Shown here piece after piece: positions 13,678 through 19,679 of a stretch of DNA of 19,679 bases. Every line of letters begins with the position of its first letter. Position 1 is the stretch's first letter. Made by a program: the position numbers and the translations under genes. The DNA is from Phycisphaerales bacterium (GTDB lineage: Bacteria; Planctomycetota; Phycisphaerae; UBA1845; Fen-1342): NCBI GenBank assembly GCA_030628805.1, contig DAOVQG010000044.1:1-19679 (forward strand), in the 5' to 3' direction. The notes beneath the pieces are model-generated. The model was not told where the DNA came from and did no database searches. It worked only from the letters and a program-made list of their open reading frames with translations.

Positions 13678-15726
13678 ATGACATTCTTCATCGCAGTGCT
13701 GGTTGGTTTGGTGCTGATCATCGGACCGTTCATCGTCGGATCACAAATGGGCATGTCGACTTTTTCAACGGCCGTCTGCGTGGTCATTGGGGCGGCTGTG
13801 TTAGGTCTGACCGCTTTGATGGCGATGATCACCAAACTCTACCGCAAAACTTCCGCCAACCAGGCTTTCGTCAAGACCGGCGGGCGTAAGGCCAAGGTGA
13901 TTCTGGACAAGGGTGATTTCGTCATCCCGGTCTTGCACAAGCTGGTCGAGGTCTCGTTGGAGACGATGCGTCTGGACGTCAAGCGGTTCGCCGCCGACGC
14001 TTTGATCACCAAGGACAACCTGCGGGTGGACATCAACAGCGAGTTTTATATTCGCGTGCAGCCCAGTCCGGAGGACATCCTGGCCGCCGCCCGTTCTCTG
14101 GGTGAAAAAAGCGTGCGGGCCGACGCGGTCAAGGCCCTGGTGGGCGAGAAGCTGATTTCGGCCCTGCGGGCCGTGGCGGCCACCAAGGAACTGATGGAAT
14201 TGCAGCTCAAACGTGACGAATTCGCCTCGGCGGTGCAGGAAAACCTGGTCGCCGACCTGCGGCAGAACGGTCTGACGCTCGAGACGGTGACCATCAGCAT
14301 GTTGGACCAGACGCCGTCGGAGAATCTGAACCCGCGGAACATATTTGACGCCCAGGGGCTGCGGAAGATCACGGAGATCACCCAGGCCCAGAACGTGCAG
14401 CGCAACCGTATCGACCGCGACGCGGAACTGGCCATCAAGGAAAAGGACGTGTCCACGCGTAAGGATGTCCTGAACCAGGAAAAAGACCAGGCCGAGGCCG
14501 AGGCCAGTCAGGCGACCGAGGTGGCCAACATTCAAGCCGTCAAGTTGCGCGAGCGGCAGGAATATGAGATTAACCAGCGCCGCGAGGTTGAGCTGGCCGC
14601 CGTGGCCAAGGACGAGGCGGTCAATAAGGCGGAGATCACCAAGAACGAGGTCATCCAGGTGGCCGACGTCGAGCGCGAGCGCGAGGTGCAAACCCAGGCG
14701 GTGGTACGCGACCGGACCGTGCAGGAAGCCGAAGTCAAGAAGAACCAGGCGGTCGAGGTCGCCAAGCGGCTCAAGGAAATCGAGGTCGCCAAGAAGGAGA
14801 CCGAGCGGGCGACGGCCGAGGCCCAGACCCGAGCGGCCGAGGCCACGCGCGAGGAGGAAACCCAGCGGATCGAGACCGTCAAGGTGACGGCTTCCGCCGA
14901 CCGCAACGCGGCCGAGAAGATGATCACGGAGAAGCAGGAGGTTGACATCCTCAAGTACCAGGAGTTGACCAACGCCGACATCAAGGCGTACGAGTTGGAG
15001 AAGGTTGCCGGTGGTGAGCTCGAGGCGGCCAAGATGCAGAAAGAGGCCAAGCTGGTCCTGGCCATCGCCGAGGCCGAGGCGGCCAAGAAACGGGCCGAGG
15101 GGGCCGAGGCGGAACAGATGGTCCCGGTGAGCGTCGACCGCGAACGGGTCGACGTGGAGAGTGCCCGCGTCGAGGTCGAGCGTCAGGCGTTGCAGAACAA
15201 GCAGGAGTTCAGCGAGGCGGCCTTGAAGTTCGAGGTCCAGAAGCTGGAGATTCAGGCCGGGGCCGACGTGCAGAAGGCGTTCGCGGAAGCGATCGGGCAG
15301 ATGCTTACCGACGCCAACATGCAAATCTTCGGCGACCCGACCACCCTGTCGAACATGACGACCCGCTTCATGAGTGCCGCCGGCTGGGGCCAGTCGTTTA
15401 ACGGCTTGCGGGCTACCCTGCCGGACGACGCGCGGGAAGCCGCCGCGAAGTTGCTGACCGGCACCGGAGTGGCGTTGTCGTCACTGGTGGAACGCGCCAC
15501 CGGCAAACGGCTCGATCCCGACCTGATCGAAGAGACCGTCCGCCGCGTGGTGGATGAGAAGCTCTCCGCGCCGGCGAACGATTCGCGGTCGGCGGCGTCT
15601 TCCCAATCCGCTTCCAAGTCGGGCGCGGGACAGATTGCCAAAGACAAGCAGGCCGCCCCGCCGGACGCTTCGAAAAAGGGACCGGAACACAGGCCCAGAC
15701 CTGACTCCGATCATCGCGGGAAGTAA
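13678..15726 (+). CDS. SPFH-domain / flotillin-family protein (YqiK/FloT-like).
   Basis: Two N-terminal hydrophobic segments are followed by an SPFH core (KGDFVIPVLHKLVEVSLETMRLDV...). A long Glu/Ala/Lys-rich coiled-coil region with EA repeats follows. The tail is Ser/Pro/Lys-rich. AAAGGGG lies about 9 nt upstream of the ATG. The gene pairs with the upstream NfeD gene. Confidence 0.9.
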   Translation: MTFFIAVLVGLVLIIGPFIVGSQMGMSTFSTAVCVVIGAAVLGLTALMAMITKLYRKTSANQAFVKTGGRKAKVILDKGDFVIPVLHKLVEVSLETMRLDVKRFAADALITKDNLRVDINSEFYIRVQPSPEDILAAARSLGEKSVRADAVKALVGEKLISALRAVAATKELMELQLKRDEFASAVQENLVADLRQNGLTLETVTISMLDQTPSENLNPRNIFDAQGLRKITEITQAQNVQRNRIDRDAELAIKEKDVSTRKDVLNQEKDQAEAEASQATEVANIQAVKLRERQEYEINQRREVELAAVAKDEAVNKAEITKNEVIQVADVEREREVQTQAVVRDRTVQEAEVKKNQAVEVAKRLKEIEVAKKETERATAEAQTRAAEATREEETQRIETVKVTASADRNAAEKMITEKQEVDILKYQELTNADIKAYELEKVAGGELEAAKMQKEAKLVLAIAEAEAAKKRAEGAEAEQMVPVSVDRERVDVESARVEVERQALQNKQEFSEAALKFEVQKLEIQAGADVQKAFAEAIGQMLTDANMQIFGDPTTLSNMTTRFMSAAGWGQSFNGLRATLPDDAREAAAKLLTGTGVALSSLVERATGKRLDPDLIEETVRRVVDEKLSAPANDSRSAASSQSASKSGAGQIAKDKQAAPPDASKKGPEHRPRPDSDHRGK

Positions 15727-15780
15727 TAGGTGGTCGCGGAAGTATCGACGGTCCGCTGTGCGCAATGGTACTAACCTTCT

Positions 15781-15810
15781 CATGCGGCTCGCTTCCGCGT
15801 GTTTTTTCGC
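15781..15810 (+). terminator. Weak candidate intrinsic terminator after the flotillin gene.
   Basis: GCGGCTCGCTTCCGC has short stem potential and is followed by GTGTTTTTTCGCC with a T6 run at 15802-15807. It lies in a convergent intergenic region. Confidence 0.2.
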
Positions 15811-15827
15811 CGTGGTGGTCGGCCGTG

Positions 15828-16469
15828 TCAGCGCGTCCAGCCTTGAAGCAGGAAGACGCAGGTGCTGGCGAGATCTTCAGCCTGGGCGAGCGAGAGCAAG
15901 TCACATTCGTTGCAGGCTTTGTAGATCGAGATCACATAAGAGTCGTCAACATAGATATCAATGTGGTAGCCGTACAGCACCGGCGGCTGATTCGCGACGA
16001 CTTCGCACCGGGCGCCGCCGTTGGTGTACTCGCCGGCGGCGTCCTGACCAAGCGAATTGGGGTCGGCGATCGCCTCTGCCTCTTCGTCGGCGTAAACGTT
16101 GGTCACCACGGTCGGTGCTCGATCTCCCCAGAAATAGGCGTTCCCGAGCAAGACCGCATCGAGAAACCGCTGGAACGCTTCGAACTCGAGCTCTCCGTCC
16201 GTGTACAGTTGAATAGCGGGCCCGAACACGCCGCCATGTGGGCCGGGGGCGTAGTACACGACTCGGGCTTCGCGCTCGGCACTGACGCGTTTGACCATGA
16301 GGGTCATGTCGCCACCGAGCGCCGCCGCACCGCCGCCGGCGAGGCCGTCTGGTGCCGCGTTCAACACGTCGAGCAGGCAGCCGCACCCCGCGGATAAGGT
16401 TATGCCGACCAAGGCTGTCACCGCTGCCATCGCCATTCGGGTCCTTGTTCGTCGATATGGAACGGTCAT
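15828..16469 (-). CDS. Putative lipoprotein of unknown function.
   Basis: MTVPYRRTRTRMAMAAVTALVGITLSAGCGC has a basic n-region, a hydrophobic core and an LSAGC lipobox. AGGAGG lies 9 nt upstream of the ATG at 16469. The opposite-strand ORFs here are Arg-rich and have no features. Confidence 0.55.
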   Translation of the reverse strand: MTVPYRRTRTRMAMAAVTALVGITLSAGCGCLLDVLNAAPDGLAGGGAAALGGDMTLMVKRVSAEREARVVYYAPGPHGGVFGPAIQLYTDGELEFEAFQRFLDAVLLGNAYFWGDRAPTVVTNVYADEEAEAIADPNSLGQDAAGEYTNGGARCEVVANQPPVLYGYHIDIYVDDSYVISIYKACNECDLLSLAQAEDLASTCVFLLQGWTR

Positions 16470-16747
16470 CGTACGCGTCCTCCTGTGTGTAGGGACATTC
16501 CAGTACCGCGTTTCATGGATACGCTGACCATGACAGACCCAGAGAGCCGCAGGCTTTAGCCTACGCGGCGCCGCGCGGGCTTCACGCCCTCTGTCCGCTA
16601 GTCGCATAACCAATGAGACACGGTACTTGAAGCGATGTCAACGGCGTTGCAGCCACCGACGGGTATGCTGGTCCCGGATACCCTGACCTCCGCGGGTTCA
16701 TTTGTGACTATTTTCGGGCCGCGGTTTGACGTGGAAGCGGAGGGTGA

Positions 16748-16888
16748 ACGAGGTTTCGGGGACCAGCGGGTCGCGGGATCGTGACCTCGCACGGCGGTTC
16801 GATTAACATCGAGAGCCGGTCCGGCCAGTGTACGCGGTTTGAAATCCGTCTGCACATCAGCGGGCCGGAAGAGACTCAGACCGCCTGA
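16748..16888 (+). pseudogene. Remnant C-terminal fragment of a histidine-kinase ATPase domain.
   Basis: Translation gives ...RGIVTSHGGSINIESRSGQCTRFEIRLHISGPEETQTA*. This resembles the canonical HK G2-box/C-terminus (HGGxIxVES-xxGxGTxFxxxLP). The reading frame is closed by a TGA at 16745, with no upstream kinase body. Confidence 0.45.
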
Positions 16889-16994
16889 CAGAACCGGGAG
16901 CGTAAGCGACCGGCCAGCTCCGCCACCCGCGTATTTGCGTGGCCCCTCGCTCACGCTCGGGGTTCTGTTAGGGACTTTCAGGAGGCTGCTCAAG

Positions 16995-17054
16995 ATGGCG
17001 CCCGCGACTGAGAGGGAACGCATCCTGGTCGTCGATGACGCGCCCGAAGCCCTG
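16995..17054 (+). pseudogene. Remnant N-terminal fragment of a response-regulator receiver.
   Basis: AGGAGG precedes ATG-MAPATERERILVVDDAPEAL, a typical receiver N-terminus. Similarity is lost after about 20 aa. The continuing frame (to 17132) overlaps the 3' end of the convergent permease gene. Confidence 0.4.
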
Positions 17055-17082
17055 GGCCGCCGATTCACTACAACAGCACCAC

Positions 17083-19509
17083 CTACGTTTTCAACGCCTC
17101 GTAATAAACAAACCTCTTGCTGCCCCACATAACCGACAACGTTAATACGAGAATGATCAGCAGCAGCAGCCATGCCAGGGCTGACGCATAGCCCATGTCA
17201 TGTAGATCAAATGCTTTGTTGTACAAATATAAAACATAGAACCGTGTTGCATCGCCCGGGCCTCCGGCGGTCATCACGTAGGCCTGCGTGAAGACCTGGA
17301 AGGATGCGATGATCGCCATGATGGTATTGAAGAAGATCACCGGGCTGAGCATCGGCAGCATCACGTGCCAGACGCGGTGCCGCCAGGTGGCTCCGTCGAT
17401 CGCCGCGGCTTCATAAAGCTCTTTGGAGATGCCCTTGAGCCCCGCCAGGTAGATCATCATGCTGCCGCCGACCATCCAGAAGTTCATGATGACAAAGGCG
17501 GGCACGGCCCAGGTCTCGGCGTCCTTCTCGAACCAGCGCGGGGCTTCCAGGCCGACGAGCTCCAGCACTGGATTAAGCAGGTCGTTCAGCATCCCGTCTT
17601 CATGGTGGAAGACCCATTTCCACAGGATCGCGATGGCCACGCCGGCCAGCACGCTGGGCAGGTACCACGCCGCTCGGAAGAATCGGATGCCGGGAATCTC
17701 GTGGTTCATCAGCATCGCCGCGAGCAAGGCCGCGAGTTGTCCCAGCGGTACCGCCAGCAGAGCATAGAAAGCAGTCACCGCCAGCGACTTGGCGAAGCCG
17801 GCGTCGTGGTATATTTGCTTGACGTTGCCGGCCGCGACCCACTCCGCGTGATCCAAAGTCGCCAAGCCGCTCCAATTTGTGAACGCCAGTAACAGTGATA
17901 ACACGACGGGGAACGCCGTGAAGGCCAGGAAGCCGAGCACCCACGGGCTGACCATGCCCATCCCAGCCAGCTCTTCGCGGAACGCGACTCGGCTCGGTCG
18001 CCGCCGCCACCAGACGAAGACTCCGATCACCAGCAGCCCCGCCACCGGCAGTATGAACCCCAGCGCGACACGCCCCCACGGCATTAGCGGATACTCCCCG
18101 CGCAGCACGTCCGAGCGGCGGAACTCCTCCCACTCCGCTTGTACGTCCGCCAAGACCGGCGTCGTTGCCCGCTGCCCGATTTTATAGATCTCCTCCATTC
18201 GCTTGCGCAGCTTGTCGAGGTACTTCGGGTCCGCCGGCCAGTCGATGGCCCGTGCATAAGGGATCATGTCGAGATAGACGCGGTCGTTTACCGGCTTTAT
18301 CGCGGGATTGGTAAAGGCCTTGCTCTGGGCGACGCGGATCATGGACGGGATCGCCAGGCCTTGCTCCGAGACCAGTCGCTGCCCTTCCTCGTCGCACAGG
18401 TAGCGAATCAGCAGCCACGCCTCGTCAGAGTGCCGCGTCTTGGCGGACAGCGCCCACGCGGACGTGAAGATGCCGTTCACCGGCGCGTGACCCTCGGCGT
18501 GCGGCAGCGGGGCGAAATCCCACTCGAAGTCCTCGATCAGCCGGTAGACCGGGATCTTCCAGCGTCCGAACGGTCCGGCCATTCCGATCCGGCCGGACAG
18601 AAATGGATCCTCGCCGGTTTCGAGTTGCGTCTTCGCGCTCCGCAGTGCGTGAGTATCTTCCTCAAACCACCCCCGCAGCCGATCCAACGTCTGCTGCAAC
18701 CGCTCTTCGGTGAAGTCGAACGTCTCGAAGCGGTCGTACGTGAAATCGACGCCGTGTGTCCAGCAGAACAGCCTCAGCATCGGCTCCCAGGTTACACAGT
18801 CGGCCCCGAAGCAGCCTTCAAGCTGACCGATCTTCCGGGCGGTCGTGATAAACTCTTCCCAGGTCCAGCCGTCGAGCGGCGGTTCGGGCACGCCGGCCTT
18901 CTTGAACAGGTCCTTGTTGTAATAGAAGCCGACCGTGGTGAAGTCCTTGGCGATCGCGTATAGCGGCCCGTTGCCGATCGTGGTTCCATCAAAGCGGAAG
19001 CAATCGATGACGTTGGTATAGAAATCATCAAGCCCCAGCGCATCCGGATCCTCTGACTGGGCATCGCTTTCGAGGAACGGCTCCAGCTCGGCCAGTAATC
19101 CATAGTCTGCCCAACCCGCGATCTTCTCATAGCCGAGCTGGAAGACGTCCGGCGGATCGCCCGCGGCGACCATCGTCTGAATCTTGGTCGTGACGGCTTC
19201 GGCGCCGCCGGGATGAATCCGTTCGACGCGGATGTGGGGGTACTTTTTCTCGAATCCCTCGATCAGCCGGACGACGATCGCGGCTTCACGGTCGTCGCCC
19301 CAGTGGACCAGCCGAAGCTGGACCTGCCCGGGTTCGAGTTTCTCCCCCAGGAATGGCCGGGCCGCCACCCAGCCGAAAGCCCACAGCGTGATCAGGCCGG
19401 CAATGACGGCCACCGCGGTGCGGAAAGCAAACCCGATTTGATGGAAAGTGCCTTTGGCCAAGTGGAATCCTGTCGCTTCGGAAACGCGGACGGACTGGAT
19501 AACGGCCAT
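17083..19509 (-). CDS. Fused ABC transporter: an N-terminal TM anchor and a family-1 (sugar-type) extracellular solute-binding domain, fused to a C-terminal MalF/UgpA-like permease domain.
   Basis: 808 aa. There is an N-terminal TM (TAVAVIAGLITLWAFGWVAA). A roughly 450-aa SBP-like region follows (GAEAVTTKIQTMVAAGDPPDVFQLGY...). After that are 6 predicted TM helices carrying the EAA permease signature (LYEAAAIDGATWRHRVWHVMLPMLSPV). Confidence 0.8.
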   Translation of the reverse strand: MAVIQSVRVSEATGFHLAKGTFHQIGFAFRTAVAVIAGLITLWAFGWVAARPFLGEKLEPGQVQLRLVHWGDDREAAIVVRLIEGFEKKYPHIRVERIHPGGAEAVTTKIQTMVAAGDPPDVFQLGYEKIAGWADYGLLAELEPFLESDAQSEDPDALGLDDFYTNVIDCFRFDGTTIGNGPLYAIAKDFTTVGFYYNKDLFKKAGVPEPPLDGWTWEEFITTARKIGQLEGCFGADCVTWEPMLRLFCWTHGVDFTYDRFETFDFTEERLQQTLDRLRGWFEEDTHALRSAKTQLETGEDPFLSGRIGMAGPFGRWKIPVYRLIEDFEWDFAPLPHAEGHAPVNGIFTSAWALSAKTRHSDEAWLLIRYLCDEEGQRLVSEQGLAIPSMIRVAQSKAFTNPAIKPVNDRVYLDMIPYARAIDWPADPKYLDKLRKRMEEIYKIGQRATTPVLADVQAEWEEFRRSDVLRGEYPLMPWGRVALGFILPVAGLLVIGVFVWWRRRPSRVAFREELAGMGMVSPWVLGFLAFTAFPVVLSLLLAFTNWSGLATLDHAEWVAAGNVKQIYHDAGFAKSLAVTAFYALLAVPLGQLAALLAAMLMNHEIPGIRFFRAAWYLPSVLAGVAIAILWKWVFHHEDGMLNDLLNPVLELVGLEAPRWFEKDAETWAVPAFVIMNFWMVGGSMMIYLAGLKGISKELYEAAAIDGATWRHRVWHVMLPMLSPVIFFNTIMAIIASFQVFTQAYVMTAGGPGDATRFYVLYLYNKAFDLHDMGYASALAWLLLLIILVLTLSVMWGSKRFVYYEALKT

Positions 19510-19538
19510 CCATGCCTGCGGCCATTCGAGCCGATTCG

Positions 19539-19570
19539 AGTATAATCCTACGCATGATGCGCATCAAACC
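19539..19570 (-). promoter_or_regulatory. Candidate sigma-70 promoter for the SBP-permease gene.
   Basis: On the minus strand, TTGATG-N17-TATACT lies about 30 nt upstream of the ATG at 19509. The same bases read TATAAT on the plus strand, flanked by an attcgag-ccg-attcgag direct repeat. Confidence 0.2.
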
Positions 19571-19679
19571 GACCACACGAATTGCGTTTGTTTTGCCTGT
19601 TAACCTGAAGCGGGGCTTGGTAATTAGCCTGCTAACGACTGTTGCCTTCATGTCATTAGCCTGGGCCGACTGGCCGCCG

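Noticed and set aside
13801-15324. 507-aa minus-strand ORF antisense to the flotillin gene.
   Set aside because: It has a Leu/Gly/Arg/Asp-rich repetitive composition that mirrors the EA-repeat codons on the sense strand. The flotillin frame has a clear SPFH domain and an RBS.
15554-16397. Two plus-strand ORFs (220 and 210 aa) overlapping the putative lipoprotein gene.
   Set aside because: The first is extreme Arg-rich junk. The second has no RBS or signal. The minus-strand frame has an AGGAGG RBS, a signal peptide and a lipobox. I still only give the lipoprotein 0.55.
16598-17173. 191-aa minus-strand ORF across the non-coding and pseudogene region.
   Set aside because: It has no RBS and no recognisable domain. 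It overlaps the more convincing HK and RR remnant frames on the other strand.

Overview
This is a 19.7 kb high-GC window, about 64% by eye, probably from an anaerobe. No rRNA, tRNA, CRISPR array or transposase was recognised. Codon-level tandem repeats make many long antisense shadow ORFs, which I rejected.

The dominant feature is an uninterrupted minus-strand array of 18 genes from about 12450 down to 1. Four of its junctions overlap as ATGA or TGATG, which suggests translational coupling.

The array starts with a sigma-54 enhancer-binding regulator carrying a Cys-rich PAS domain (11083..12450). Downstream of it lie candidate palindromic UAS sites and a -24/-12-like element. The genes then run, in order:
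- two NifX/NifB-C-terminal-like (Nitro_FeMo-Co) proteins
- three small proteins with a shared MP-x-GDGTGP N-terminus and RG-rich repeats, which I recall as DUF5320-like; one is fused to a 2x[4Fe-4S] ferredoxin domain
- a DUF89/ARMT1-like protein
- a NifX-like domain fused to a GMGRG repeat and coiled-coil tail resembling a DUF5320 C-terminus
- a 58-aa 2x[4Fe-4S] ferredoxin that is missing from the ORF track
- a MinD/CooC-type ATPase with an inserted ferredoxin domain
- a coupled small Cys-motif membrane protein
- a radical SAM enzyme (CSYDCIYC)
- a class I SAM methyltransferase
- a second MinD-ferredoxin ATPase
- an Mrp/NBP35 ATPase fused to a NifX-like domain
- a hotdog thioesterase
- a CoA-disulfide-reductase/NADH-oxidase-family flavoprotein
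- a partial response-regulator receiver

I read this as a sigma-54-controlled, functionally uncharacterised system for handling a metallocofactor or Fe-S cluster, with unusual intrinsically disordered RG-repeat components.

On the plus strand, 12728..15726 holds an NfeD/flotillin (SPFH) pair. The NfeD protein carries an 81-residue, strictly alternating (Asp/Glu-X)n insert.

After that come a convergent putative lipoprotein and apparent remnants of a two-component system (histidine-kinase C-terminus and response-regulator N-terminus). The last gene is an 808-aa fusion of an ABC solute-binding protein to a MalF-like permease, with no partner genes in the window.

All domain calls come from motif recognition by eye. 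None has been checked by HMM or BLAST.
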